From positions 1,888,943-1,952,942 of the forward strand of contig MU053216.1 of the NCBI GenBank assembly GCA_013239625.1: 64,000 nt of DNA. The letters run 5' to 3'. Made by a program: the position numbers and the translations under genes. Numbering within the stretch: the stretch's first letter is position 1; each line of letters begins with the position of its first letter. Source of the DNA: Lama guanicoe. Its lineage: Eukaryota. This document shows positions 1 through 14,012 of the stretch, piece by piece. The notes under the pieces are model-generated. The model saw nothing but the letters and a program-made list of their open reading frames with translations. It was not told the origin of the DNA and searched no databases.

Positions 1-649
1 TGACCTCTAACATTTATTAGGACTATTGATTACTGTCAGCTTCTCTGTGCTACGGTGTTAAACTCCGTGAGGGCTGGAATCTTTTTCTGTTCTGGTCACT
101 AATAAGCGGCCAAAGCTCCGGAATCGTGACTGGCACCTCGCACGACGTTCCAGAAATATTTGCTGACCCAACAGATACCGTTCAGAAAGGAGAGGGGCCG
201 AACAGTAATTTCCTCTGCCTACTTCCTTTCGAATAATGACCTGCGCTCGACAGCAAACACCCCTGTTCCTGCTCGCTCGGCTTACGCCAGATATTTAGGC
301 TGTATGTGATACTGCATCAGTCTCTTCCATCAGTGTAATTCCAGAAGAGCAAGGATTTCACAGTTTATAAGGTTTTAAAAAATAGCTGACAAACAAGTGT
401 GGTAGATTAAAAGCAGAAGCTTGAGGGAAAAAACCCCAAGACCCTAATCCTTAATTTTGATTTGGCAATTGTTGTGACCCCTCCAAGGCCACCTTTCAGC
501 CCAGCAGCCTGGCAGCGGCGGACGGCTCGCGACAGCGGTAGATGGCTCGCGATGACGCCGGCTTTTACAAGTTTAACCTAATCATCAGAGTGGGAACAGA
601 GCACACCAGGTCCGCTTTTCTAAATTGTCGGCAGCCAATCTCCCTTTCA

Positions 650-1069
<420 letters not shown>

Positions 1070-2231
1070 CTAAGTGCGCACAATCAGCGGCCTGCTAGGA
1101 AAGGGGGACCCCGTTAGATGTGTCTGCCCCACAGTGGGCGATCCAGCAGGGTTTGCTTGTGGAAGCTACGGGAGCCTCGGACCATCCTCAGTGGAACCCA
1201 AACAGTCCGGCTTGTGTAGCCGGGATGTGCACTGAGCCAGGGCTGGAAGGGCACACGGGTTACCAGCAGGCTGCCAACTCGCCAGCGTTCATCTAAAAGG
1301 CCAGGTGACTTTTGGAGACAGAGGCTCACTGCCATTGTCTGTCGTCAGTGCTGACTTGATGTTCACCTACGCTGGCTTTATGATTTGGACAATTTCCCCA
1401 GCAACGCCCTACATTTTAGTTTCCTAATCTGAAAAATGGGTCAACATTACCTCCCCCACGGGATTGCTGTGCCCGCTGTGTCACAGTGGGGGGCTCTGAT
1501 CTGCCTTTGATCACGCCCCCCCAGGGAACTACATTCTTCAGTGACAGTAACACACCTATTTCAGGTTAGGGCCACCTATCCACGGTCAAGCATCAACCCA
1601 TTTCCATGGCGACCTGCAACTGTTTCTCTTCCTTTTGTAACGTGTACCAGCCAAAGATCCCTGTGCACCCAACTGCAGTGGCCCCGTTTGGACATACACC
1701 ATGTGTTTGTAAAAAATAACACTCTGAGTTAAATCTCAAACGCTGTGCAAAAGCTCTTAAATGTCATATAACAGTTTTAAAGAGTTTTTGCACATTGTTT
1801 TAGATTTAATTCCGAGAACCTGCCTTTGGAGTTAGCAGAACTGGTATCATCTTACGCAGTTTACAGACAAGAGAAGAGGCTCTCAAGACCTACTGACTGC
1901 TGTACTAGAACGGAGTCTTCTTCTCCCTCAAGCCCAGGGTGTCGCCAGATCACACCAAGAAATGCTAGAATTTTCTAAACCAAATTAATCAGCTGACTTG
2001 TAACAAGTTTGTTTCTGAGCAGGCATAAACTGAACTTCTGGGCAGTGGGGTGCTCCTCGGGACGCTTCCATTCACACACCAGCAGTGAGATGAGCTTTGA
2101 GTGGACTGTGTCCGCGAGCCCAGGACAGACAGCAGGGCACTCAGAGCCCAAGTGAGGACCCCGGGCACCGCCGTGCACACCCGGCCACGGGTGCTCGGCC
2201 GTGCCGCCGGGTTCCGAGTCTTGTTTTCTCA

Positions 2232-2510
2232 CCTAAACATACAGGAGACTCACAGACATAGGAAACCAACTTACGGTGACCCGAGGGGGGAGCGGAGGGG
2301 GAAGGGATAAACGAGGAGTCTGGGATAGCAGACACACACCACTATGTATGAACCAGGTAAACAACAGGGTCCTACTGCAGAGCACAGGGAACGCTAGTCA
2401 GTGTTTTGTAATATCTTAAAACAGAAAAGAATCTGAAAAAAAAATGTATAACCGAGTCACTTTGCTGCGCACCTGAAACTAACACAACACCAATGACAGT
2501 TGATTTACAC
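2232..2510 (+). mobile_element. L1 3' UTR fragment
   Basis: agactcacagacatag...taaacaacagggtcctactg...gcacagggaac, shared with the other L1 copies in the window. Confidence 0.85.
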
Positions 2511-3571
2511 TGTGTTTGTGTAAGCATCTCGCTTTACCTCATACATACACCAAGTAGAACAAAAACACGAGGCAGTTCTTGTTCTGAGGACGGCATGAGC
2601 TCCCGGGTGGGAAATCCCTCTGTAAAGGGAGCAAAACACAAATGAAGACACAACGCCACACAGGAGGCTCCCAGGTGGAAGACCCTATTCATTCTGTTTC
2701 GAAGCAAAACACCAACTGCAGAGGCTGAAGCTGCACTCAGGCTCTGCGGTCAGCAGGCCATCCCCAAACATGGCCATCCGAAATCCTCCGAACCAGCAAG
2801 TCTGCTCTGACCGAGAGAATTTCACTCGTGAGGGGAGCAGACGTGAAGAGCCATTTATTGGCTGAGCGTAAGCCGGGGTCTGGGGTGGAGCAGTGAACCA
2901 GGCAGACACAGTTCCCACCTTGGGGAAGTTACTCTCATCAGGGAGAAAACTCGCCAGCATCAGTCAGCGGGCTGGTGAGAACCGGGGCTCCCGTTTTCCT
3001 TCAGAGGGAGGGCTCCACTGTCGTGCGGCTCTTCGAGTCAGGCTGTGGGCACCAGACGGCGGAGACCCACGTCCCGCTCCGCACAACGCCGCGGCCAGAC
3101 GTCCCAGCAACTGGCCTGTCCTTGCACGTAGCACGTTCCAGGGACCGCGCCTCCCAGGTGCCTGGGGGGTGCCGCTGGGCGCACTACACCGCGTTCCGGC
3201 CCATATGCTATCGGCATCCGATTTCAAATGCACCCTCCGCCACGGCAATTCAGTTCCCCTGCTGCTCTTCTGTGATGTGAAGCTTTGGTTATTTATTTAG
3301 GACTCTTTTCAGGGAAGCCTAAAAACTACCCTCTGAGACGGTCTCCCAGTAACAGGTGCCATACACATAAACATTACAAATAATTTCAAGATGGATGGGG
3401 GAATACAGACTCCTGGAAGAGCGGTTAAAGACATTTGGAGGGGATTCTAGCTTAAGAACCTATTTACACAGCAAGAAAATGGATTATTCCCATTTTCCAG
3501 GCAGACAAATGAAAGAGCTAAGATATAATCAGGCCACGTAGAAACGGGGGAAAGGTGAGTGGACACTGACC

Positions 3572-3657
3572 ATTTTTTTTTAGTGGAGGTACTGGGGATT
3601 GAACCCAGGACCTCGTGCACGCTAAGCACATGCTCTGCCGCTGAGCTACACCCACCC
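3572..3657 (-). mobile_element. tRNA-Ala-derived SINE (Vic-1-like)
   Basis: Reverse complement has A box TAGCTCAGCGG, B box GGTTCAATCC and an A-rich tail. Confidence 0.85.
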
Positions 3658-5202
3658 TGCAACCTGGAACATTAAAAGCAGCGTGTTTTCTGGAACCATC
3701 ACAGGAAGGGGCTCTTCCTGTCCGTTTGCGCTCAGCGGCCCCGTCTCCTTTGTATACATCATGACGGAAACTCCTATGGTAGCAGAGTTTGCCAGCATCA
3801 AAGTGTCTGCAGATCGTAAGATGGGAATCTGACTTCTTCCGGCCTTCTTCTGTGATGCTGAGGACACACTTTCAAATAAGGGTCTGTTTTTGTGTCCTGC
3901 TCAGAAAGAGTGCGGGGTACCATTTTTAGACCTTACTCCTAACTCCGTGCGTGTGTCTGTGTGGAGAGGGTGCCACCAGCTGCCAGGAAGGGAGGAAAGG
4001 CGCTGGCTTTTCTTTGCCTCCACTTCTGCCCGCTGCCGCTCTCATCCCGAGGCGATAACGAGGTGGACAGGCTCGAAAATCTGCCCGGTTCCTCTGCTCC
4101 TTTAGCAATTACCGGACGGGTGCGAGTGAGCACGTCTGCTTCCCACAACCAGCGCTTCTTCTCTGGTTGTTCGTTTGGGCCGTCATGTCCTCATTCCTTC
4201 TGTCATAATCACCCCGTCCCCGCCAAGCGCCATCTGTCTGCCCTCCCTGGGCTCCCGCGGTCCCAGCACAGCCTGGGCAGAAGCGCGTGTGTGATGACGG
4301 TGACACCTTCACCCCTGCAGGGGCAGCTTTCCCCGGTGTCCCTGGCACCTGGCCCAGAGCCAGGACTCCTCTGTGCTGCGGGGGGCAGGGTGGTCCCCAC
4401 CTGGCGAGGAACACGGGGACGCCTTGCACCTGACCCCCCCCCGGCACGCGCTGGCAGGTCTGGACCCACTACCTAGGTAAAGTCTGGTAATTTTCACACC
4501 CCTCTCGGGCAACTGATTCCTTGTTTTAACGCCCTCTGAGGAGGCCTTCCAGGCCGATGTTCCATTTCCATTTTTCCATAATTGATTATGTGATATTTCA
4601 CGTTATCTTGAAACTGGCGAGTGCAGGTACGGTGCGTGGGGTGACAGGTTTTATGCAGCTCTGTGAATATAAGGACAGGGCACATCTGATGCCCGCCTTG
4701 TTCCTCGTCTCCGGATAAGAGATGCTGGCGATTCTGAAGATAACTTTTCTTTAGGAAACAGAGGCGGTGGGGGTGGGGAGAAGAGGAGAACAACAAGCAA
4801 CTACCTGTGGGTCGATTCCTCGGGCGTGAGTGCTGTCCGCAAACAGCGCAGGGTGGCAGTGGGGGCCCCGAGGGGGCGTCATGCCCTGTCTATGTCGGAA
4901 CCTCTCGCTAGTCAGCAATACCGCCTCACATGGTCCTGTGTTGCCAGCTGCAGCAAGAGGAAGGCCTGGTCTCAGAAACCTGCTTCCTCATCAGGGAAAC
5001 GACGGGGACGATATTACCGCCGAGCGTGTGAAAGAGCACAGGACACGTCACAAAGGACGCCTTCCCGCAAGCCAGCAGGTTTCTCATGAGATCGGTGAAT
5101 GGCAAACAGTCCGAGGAAGAAAAGGCCTGGATCCCTCTCCAGCCCACACCGAACTTCTCAAACCCCCCTTGTTGCCCCTCCACTTCCCTCTTAACAGTCC
5201 CG

Positions 5203-5320
5203 CGGGGAGGGGACAGCTCGGTGGTAGAGCGCGTGCTTCGCATGCACAAGGTCCCGGGTTCCATCCCCAGTACCTCCATTAAATAAATAAAGCCTAACTG
5301 CCCCCCATCCAAAACAACCA
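5203..5320 (+). mobile_element. tRNA-Ala-derived SINE (Vic-1-like)
   Basis: GGGGAGGG head, tRNA-like body, TAAA tail and cctaactgcccccc terminal motif. Confidence 0.88.
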
Positions 5321-5388
5321 AAACAGTCCAGCAATGGGACTGCGAGTCCACGTTCCCTCTTACAGGGCTGTTTTAAAGTCCACACCGC

Positions 5389-5776
5389 GTCATCATACTA
5401 AGTGAAGGAAGCCAGAAAGAAAGAAAAACACCACATGATCTCACTTATATGTGGAATCTAAAAAAAGAAAAAACCAAAAAGACACAACTGAACGTATTCA
5501 CAAAACAAAAGCAGACTCACAGACATAGAAAACAAACTGTTACCGGGGGGAAAGGCAGGGGGAGGGATAAATTAGGAGTCTGGGATTTGCAGATACAAAC
5601 TACTAGATATAAAACAGGTAAACAACAAGGTCCTACTGTACAGCACAGGGAGCTATATTCGATATCTTGTAATAGCCTACAATGAAAAGGAATATATATG
5701 TACACATATAACTGAATCATTATGTTGTACCCCAGAAATTAATACAACACTGTAAACTGACTTCAATAAATAAAAG
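5389..5776 (+). mobile_element. 5'-truncated L1 (ORF2 end and 3' UTR)
   Basis: catactaagtgaa...ccagaaaga, 3' UTR and AATAAA tail. Confidence 0.9.
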
Positions 5777-7342
5777 ATCGACATCATGAATCATTGTGGG
5801 TAAGCTTTAAGAAAGATATTTTTAGTAAAATACTCTGCTGACATGGGTTGGTAGTTTTACGTGGACATGAACCCAACTCTAACGTCGGATCGTTGAATCT
5901 GGTGTGTGCCAGGCCTTGTGCTAGAAACGGGGGGGTCCAGCAGTGACCGGCACACAATCTCTGCCTTTAAGAAAGTCACACTTTGAGGAGTGGGGACGGA
6001 AGGGTCAGTCTGCTAGCGTGATCCCCCGCGCACAGGAAGCGGGGGGCACTTCGCCCTGCTCCGTTTCTTGGGGGAGACCCCAGGGGCTCTCGGAAGCTTC
6101 TGAGAAGCATGCTTATTAAGCAGGTCTTAACCTTGCAGAATCACCAAATAAACTCTCTTTTTCTTTCCCTCTGGAGCTCCTGTTAGAACAACTCTTGGAA
6201 CGAAGTATTTAAAAAATAATGCAAAGATTCTTCAGAATCATTACAAATAAAGTTCAGCTTTATTCCCTGTGTTTTCTTCTTTCTGGCCAAAAGAAAAAAA
6301 AATCCCTGGAGATGGACCTCTTTTTATTTATATTTCCTTTTGTGATAATGACGACATTTATAAAGGTATATTCAGAAGCGGGGAGAGAAAAATCAAAATC
6401 AGCAAATCAAAATCAGCTTAGCAACTCTTAATGAGAACCTGCTTCGGGCAGGACGGACACACAACTGCGTTAATCCTTGACTGTTTTTATAAAGAACCCT
6501 GATGATTATCTGCAGCCTCTCTAATAAACGGCTACAAAGTCCAAGAGAAAAATGATTTCACATTAACAGTGATTAAACAAGCACTAAAAACAACACCGTA
6601 CAAGAGAAATAACAGCCAGGAAACTCCCCTGTCAATGGCTGCGACGCCCGACAGATTCACGACCAGAAGCCCGGCCCGGCTCGGAGGTAACTGACGGGCT
6701 CCAGGGCACGCTCTCCAGGCGCGCCGCTGCTGTCACGGCACAAAGATCTGTCATCGTGGAGCCAAGGACCTCAGCCACCCTGGCTTCCTTCTATGTCTCT
6801 CCAGTGGAGTAACAAAGGATTTTTTCTCCACGTAGCATCTCAACTCTTTCAGGTGGGGGAAGTGCGAGGCAGGGGGGCGGTTAACCACACGGTCGGTCCC
6901 CACGCCCCTCCCGTTTCCCTTCCCACCAATTTCTTCCCATCCACGTCACCACCACGAGTCCGAGGAAGCTAGGACCCCGGTGAGTCCACGTGCTTCTCCG
7001 TGTCGTTCTGCTTCATCACATACACAGTCACGAGGGTGATCTATTTCGGTCATGCTTTATTCCCTTGGACACAACTCTTTTCTACAGCCCCTTGATTTCC
7101 CTTCCAGGAGCTCTACCTACCAGACCTCTTAGCCAGCGTGTGCGGGGCCCGGGTGCCACTGGGCGTGGCCACTGGTGCTCCATCCAGGTGCGAGGAAATC
7201 AGGCAAGCAGTGGCTGAGCTACAGCTGCTCTCCTGAACCCCCAGGGAGACGGGGCCAGCGCCGCACAACCAGGGGTAATCTGCAGACATCCACAACCAGG
7301 GCGACCAGGGCAACCAGGGCAAGGCGTCAGAACTGCCTCCGC

Positions 7343-7567
7343 ATTTGCAGATAGTAACTAATACACATCAGATAGATAAACAAGTTCCTACCCTACAGCA
7401 CAGGGAACTGTATTCAATATCTTGCAGTCACCTATGGTGAAAAAGAACATGAAAACGAATATATGCATGTTCACGTACGACTGAAGCACTGGGCTGGACA
7501 CCAGAAATTGACACAACATTATAAACTGACTGTACTTCGATAAAAACATATTAAAAAAAAAAAAAAG
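7343..7567 (+). mobile_element. L1 3' UTR fragment with poly(A)
   Basis: Similar to the 13800-14010, 44390-44600 and 48230-48435 copies. Confidence 0.88.
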
Positions 7568-8705
7568 AACAGCTTCCACAAACTCTGTTTAGAAGGGAGG
7601 GAATCACGTGATTTACCCAGAACGTTCATACGCCCAGGTTACCTTAATTCCCAGGGATGCTGAATTCAATGCTCCTTTATCTAAAGATGTGCAAATGCCA
7701 GACGTTCCACGTCAATTGTTTTCACTTCAGTAAATGTGTGATAATTACACAAGCGAGAGACAGCTTTGAGGTTTGGAGAGAGAAGACCGCATGGTGCGCG
7801 CAGGGGTTAAATCCCACTGCTGAGATGCACGTCATCACCAGTCAGTGTAATTCAGCCAATTTCTCTCCGATAGAACTGTAGCTACATTCTCAGAATTTGT
7901 CAAAGGACAAATTCTGCCCAGATTTTACTCTCTCTCAGTCACATTTCAAAAAACTTCTTGCTGAAGTATCAATTAATTAAAAGCTAACAGTATGTTCACC
8001 CTATTTGTGGGGTCAAGTGAGCGTCTGCACACAGCCGTGCTGGCAGTGTTTTCCGCTCAGGTTTCTACGTGGAGCCACAGAGAAGCCACGAGACCTGATG
8101 ACAGCAAGTGCTCCAAGGTAACGAGGCCATTGTTTCTTGTGCTCGTGGAATCAGTCCCATCCCACTGCTTCAAAGTCAAGGCACGCTCACACGTAAAGAG
8201 ACTTGAAGGAAGGGGGTTTCCGCCACTCAGGAAAGGTAAGCTGTGTCCACCCCTCCCATAAGCGTGGCTCTGACACGACAACTCAGTTGGCACCACAGTC
8301 TTCTACAAAGTCGACAAGACAGGAATGGGTACCGTGGTGAACGTCATGGCCAACCCAGCCCGACTTGACCGCACTGGCGTTGAGAAGGATGGTTTGGATG
8401 AGGGCACAGGTGAGCCAGGAGTCACTCATCTTTTCACATTATGGACAAATCCCGATCCACAATCCACAGTAAGTCAAACAACAGAGATCGGCGCTGGGCG
8501 CTAACGAGACCTGAGTGAAACAAGACCTAGTTCTTGTGCTCAAGGAACGACGGAAGGACCCAGCAGACAAGACACATCCATGCAAAGCAACTGGCTCGTA
8601 GGGCAGCACAGACGGCGTCACACTCCGGAACCAGTGACTGGAAAACAAGTAAGTGCGTATGTGCGTGAAAAACACACACATACGGCAGCAACCGTAACAA
8701 AAGCT

Positions 8706-8845
8706 TGGGGGGAGGGTGTAGCAGTGGTGGAGCGTGTGCTCAGCACGCACGGGGTCCCGGCTTCAACCCCCAGCACCTCTATTAAAATAAATACATAGAT
8801 AAAAATACCTAATTACCTCCCCCCACCAAAACCAATTTTTAAAAA
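8706..8845 (+). mobile_element. tRNA-Ala-derived SINE (Vic-1-like)
   Basis: Same head and body, plus cctaattacctcccccc tail. Confidence 0.88.
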
Positions 8846-11476
8846 AATTTTTTAAAAAATTTTGAAGCAGTCTATAAGTACGTATAATAAGAGACAAATA
8901 ATGAAAGAGCTGAGAAAATGGAGATAAAGGGGAAATGAAGGTCGGAAAACCAGTCACAGCCAAGAACAGCCCCAGTCCCCAAGGCAAGCGCCACACGACG
9001 GCTTCAGCGGCAGCTGAAGGGCCGCAGGTTGGGTCCTGGTCGTGCGAGCATCGCCGCTGACGCGGTTTGTGGCACACGTGTCTTTCCAGACAGCTTCTCC
9101 CAGGACTGGACTCCAGGGAGAAGGTTCTCTGTGTTCTCAGAGGAGGACTGTAGATGGCACAATGGACCAGGCTCGGACAGCGTCCCCTCGGAGACACAAG
9201 ACCGAGCGATCCTTCGACGTTTAGAGGGGCCGGGGCAAACTGGTCCTAGAACACAACTTTCCGACAGTCTGCTTTCCAGAGGTGCCCTGAGGCCGTCCGG
9301 GAGCGGAGAGAACGTACACACTTTAGGCCCCTTCGCTTCTCACGGCTCAGGGCCGCTAGACGCGGGGGCTCCAAAGCCTAGACTGCTGCCGCGGGCAAAG
9401 AATTCAAACTCCTTAGACCTCAGCTGCTCACGGCCTTCTGCTAAATGAGGGAAACAGAGACATGCCCAGTTTGGCGGCTGACACACAGCCGACTCCCTGT
9501 AAATGGTAGCTAGACTTACATCTAAATAAAAAAGGCAGGAAAACTAAGAGGTATTAAATGAAGCACAAAGGGAAAAATTTCAGGTGATGACAGTGTCAAG
9601 GCAGATAAATGTGAAATTTCTTCCAGCGCGTTCTCCTGCGGGGCCTGGTTCACTGCTGACCGCCGCCTGGCCCCTGCTCTCAGGTCTGGAAATCTCCTGT
9701 GTGGACTGAAGACTCTCTGGCCAGGCCGACCGTCAAGCCATGAGGACAAAGCCCCTGCAGCTCTGTATGTGTCCTCTCGGCCTGGGTGGAATGGCGAGAA
9801 GGCATTTGTGAATATGACCGTCCTTTTTGGAATAAGGTCACGAGGTGAAGTTTGTAATCTTCGTTCTCTAGACACTGCCTTAGAGACAATAATGACACAA
9901 GCCACAGAGTCCCAGGTGGGCAACAGCCGATTGTCAGGACAACAGAAGTGATTCAGGCATAAATTAGGGCAGGTTTCGGCAGCCCTGCGCCTTGTGAATG
10001 AAATGGGCCCGCACAGGAGACCCTGGGGTGCCAGGTGGACGAGAAAGGGAGACGGATGCTCTGTGACTTCTTTAAGGTCTTAACGCAGTGTCCACCTTTG
10101 TAGACTTTTGGGCATTTCAAAGCCCAAAAAGCGGTTCCTAGAGGCTAAAATGTCCTTGGGTCCATTTTGTCAGCTGCTCACTCAGGCTGTTGGCCAAAGA
10201 AAGGACGAAAGAGCCCAAGTGGCCTAAATCTCACTCACCAAAAACACAACCGAAATCGGGGCAGAGGCAAAGGAGAGGTCCCTCAGGATGGGTCAGCGAT
10301 GGGAGCCCGCTGGGCCCAGAGGCTCCTGGGAGCACTCTCCACGCAGCTCCCCAGTGACACAGGGGGGCCGCGCCCTTCGCAGCGTTAACTCCTCCCTCAA
10401 GGTCGCAGGGCTGAGGGGCCGTGACCCTGCGTCTTTAGAGGTGCCCAGAAATGAGTTCACAGAAGTCAAAGTAACTGGAGGATGGAGCTCCCGCGGTCCA
10501 AGGCTCAGCCTCCAAGGGCAGGATGGTTATTTCTGGGTCAATCCACCCTTTGCCTCTGCTTAACTAATCCTTGCTTGATCAGTGCTGGAAAGGACCCAGA
10601 ACCACCTCAGTCCAGCTGCTTCACTGTATGGCCGGGTGGGCTGCAATCTATAGGTTAGCAGGTGCCAGAACCCAGGCCTTCTGAATCCTAGCCCAGTGCT
10701 CTGCCAGCCAAGCCCATTTCACCCGGGAATAGAGAATAACCTTTTTGTTTTCTGGCTAGGTTTATTTTTATTTTTTTTTTAACACAACATGGCCTCAGTG
10801 TATTTCCTGCCAGGAGATACCCTAATGGGGCTTTAATGTCTCTCTTTCAAATGTAAAGAAGGTTAGCTTGAGAAATAAGGTCCTTTGGAAATAGACAAAA
10901 ACATAGTTACTGAGTGATAGGACCCAGGATTTTTCAATCTGGAGGTAACATCTAGAGAGATGCTCCTTCCTGTTTGCAGGGGAGACAGTGAGGGAAGGTG
11001 AGCGACAGCTGAGCATGTACTTCACCCCAAGGGGGTCTGCTTTGTGCCCAAGCTGAAGTGGGAACGCAGTTGTCCTTCCGGGAAAACTAGAATCATGATG
11101 GAGCAGGTGCCTGCAGGTCAGTCCCAAGCCTGTCCCTTTACGCCCTCTCTGTCTCTAGGTCGTGTTTCCTTTATCCACTCCTCGTGACCTGCACACTGTG
11201 GGGTCTGTACTGGGATATAAGGATGAAACGTCATTATATGTTACATATTACATACATTAGAGCAAATCAAGGTCTAATAATTTGCTCACAGCAAAGCTAT
11301 CATGATACCTGAAGTTCCTGCAGAGATGGCTGAGGAGCGAAAGGCAGATGCTGGGTTCCGTGTTCCCAACTATTTCCGTTGTAAAATGGGAGAACAGCTC
11401 TTGGGGTTGAAAGAATGCTTCTCGAAGGGAGGTGGGTGGTGGGGGAGAAGCATCCTTGAAAAGAAGAGGGAGCAGG

Positions 11477-11530
11477 TGGGGGATATAGCACCTGCTTGCT
11501 GTGCACGGGGTCCTGGGTTTGCTCCCTCCC
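11477..11530 (+). mobile_element. Degenerate, internally deleted SINE head
   Basis: gggggatatagc...tgcttgctgtgcacggggtcctgggtttgctccc resembles the SINE body. Confidence 0.5.
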
Positions 11531-11789
11531 AGGGGGGAGCAGAGATGGAAGGGGGTTAGGAGGAAAGAAAAAAAGAGAGAGAGAGAAAGAAGAGGGAATG
11601 AGGGAGCTCTGGTCCTCTCCACTGCCTCTGGGTTTCACATGATAATTTTACGTCAATTTAAGTGATTAATTTTGTTTGTATTTTATTCCAAGTATGGATC
11701 ATACACAAGATGGGCATACAGTTTACAGGAGACGTTGTTCACACTTTCTGCATGTAGTGCTGTTCTTTTTTTCCTTTATATTAAAAAAA

Positions 11790-12405
11790 ATTTAATTTTT
11801 TTATTAGCTTCCGGTGTACAGCATAGTGATTCAGTTATACATATATATATATACACACGTTCTTTTTCATATTCTTTTTCATTACAGGTTACTACAAGCC
11901 ATGGAACACAGTTCCCTGTGCTCTACAGTAGGGCCTTGTTGTTTATCTGTTTTATATGCAGTAGTTTGTAACTGTTAATCCCAAACTCCTAACTTAACCC
12001 CTGCCACTCCCTTTCCCCCTGGTAACTGGAAGTTTGTTTTCTATGTCTGTGAGTCTCTTTCTGTTTTGTAAATAAATTCATTTGTGTCCTTTTTTAAGAT
12101 TCCACATATAAGTGATATTATATGACATTTGTCTTTCTCTGTCTGACTTACTTCACTTAGTATGATCATCTCTAGGTCCATTCATGTTGCTGCAAATGGC
12201 ATTACTTCGTTCTTTTTTAGGGCTGAGTAGTATTCCATTGTATAAATATACCACAGCTTCTTTATCCAGCCATCTGTTGATGGACATTTAGGTTGCTTCC
12301 AGGTCTTGGCTACTGTAAATAGTACTACTATGAGCACTGGGGCACATGTATCTTTTCGGATTAAAGTTTTCTCCAGATACATGCCCAGGAGTGGGATTGG
12401 GGGAT
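11790..12405 (-). mobile_element. 5'-truncated L1 (ORF2 C-terminus and 3' UTR), same orientation as the gene
   Basis: ORF 12182-12382 reads [30 protein letters not shown], the L1 ORF2 C-terminal signature. Confidence 0.93.
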
Positions 12406-12787
12406 CAGCAGCGCTGTGCTTTGAGGGAAAGCATTTTTCAGAGAAAGAAGAGCCGTGCAGTTCTGCTTTTAGTGTCCCCTTGGTGGCTTTCCTGCACAGC
12501 TGTGCGCATACCTCCTACAGTCTGGACTGATGGATGATGCGCTGTCTCTGGGCTGAGCTGGTGGGCTGTGTGGCTGAACAGGCTGGAGTCACATTCAGCT
12601 GGAGAGCAATTCAGCCCACTCAGGAAGCCGATGAACTTTTTAACCGGACTGACCAACAGTTTTCAGATTTGTGGACAGATACAGGCCTGGAGATGGGTTA
12701 TTCCAACCCACCAATCATACAACGACTCTGCTTCCACACGGCGGGTCGCACACCCAGTGGTACTTGACTAAGAAAGCAGCACGACGT

Positions 12788-13190
12788 GCCATTTGGATGG
12801 AGCTAGAGATGATCACACTATGTGAAGTCAGTCAGGAAGGCAACTGCCCTATGATGTTGCTTACATTTGGAAGCTAAAATGTGACACAAATGAGCTTTTT
12901 CACAAACAGAAACAGACACAGACCTGCAAGCAAACCACAGCTACCCGGGGGGCAGGGGGAGGGGTAAATTAGGAGTTTGGGATTAGCAGATACAACTACT
13001 ATATATAAACCAGATAAACAGCAAGGACCCATGTACAGCACAGGGAACTGTATTCAGTATCTTGTAGTAACATTTAATGAAAAAGAATATGAAACCAATA
13101 TATGTATGTATCTGCATGACTGGGGCGCTGTGCAGCACACCAGAAATGGACACCATGTAACTGACTATACTTCAATTTAAAAAAAAAAGA
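12788..13190 (+). mobile_element. 5'-truncated L1 with poly(A)
   Basis: WMELEMITLCEVSQ (ORF2 end) followed by 3' UTR. Confidence 0.88.
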
Positions 13191-13284
13191 GGGAATTACT
13201 CACATGAAAAAAAAGTTATACCTTGACTTTCAAAGTGGAATTTCACAGGTGTCAGATTTAGAAATACCCACTCACAGAATGAGG

Positions 13285-14012
13285 TATTCTATTATTCTTT
13301 CCCACCAATTTCTCCCTTTATGTCTGCATTTGTTTTATATATTCAGGGGCTCCCATATAGGGTGCATATATGTTAATGAGTGTAATCCTCTTCTTGTATT
13401 GCTCCTTTGATCATTATTTACTGTCCTTCCTTATTTTTCTTTATGGCTTTTGTTTTAAAGTCTATTTTGTCTGATAGGATTATTGCTACCCCCTCATTGG
13501 CAATGACTGGATAAAGAAGCTGTGGTATATTTATACAATGGAATACTACTCAGCCATAGAAAAGAATAAAATAATGCCATTTGCAGCAACATGGATGGAC
13601 CTGAGACTGTCATTCTAAGTGAAGTAAGCCAGAAAGAGAAAGAAAAATACCATATGAGATCACTTAAATATGGAATCTTAAGAAAAAAAGCATAAATGAA
13701 CTTATTTATGAAACAGAAACAGACTCACAGACATAGAACACAAGCTTATGGTTACCAGAGGGAAAGAGGGTGGGAAGGGATAAATCGGGAGTTTGGGGTT
13801 TGCAGACACTAACTACTACACATATAATAGATAAACAACAAGTTTCTGCTGTACAGCACAGGGAACCACATTCAATACCTTGTTGTCACCTATAATGAAA
13901 AAGAATATGAAAAGGAATACACATCTGTATATGCATGACTGAGACATTACCTTGTGCACCAGAAACCAATGCAACATTGTAAACTGACTATATGCCCAAT
14001 AAAAAAAGAAAA
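13285..14012 (+). mobile_element. L1 with an inverted 5' segment (13285-13493 is the ORF2 endonuclease region on the minus strand; 13495-14012 is the ORF2 end and 3' UTR on the plus strand)
   Basis: Minus-strand part reads GVAIILSDKIDFKTKAIKK...NIYAP-like; plus-strand part reads [17 protein letters not shown]. Confidence 0.88.

Noticed and set aside
519..557. Small imperfect repeats (ggctcgcga twice here; aaccagggc units at ~7295; ggaccca units at ~45278)
   Set aside because: Two to four short units consistent with replication slippage; there is no repeat-spacer structure, so they are not CRISPR-like.
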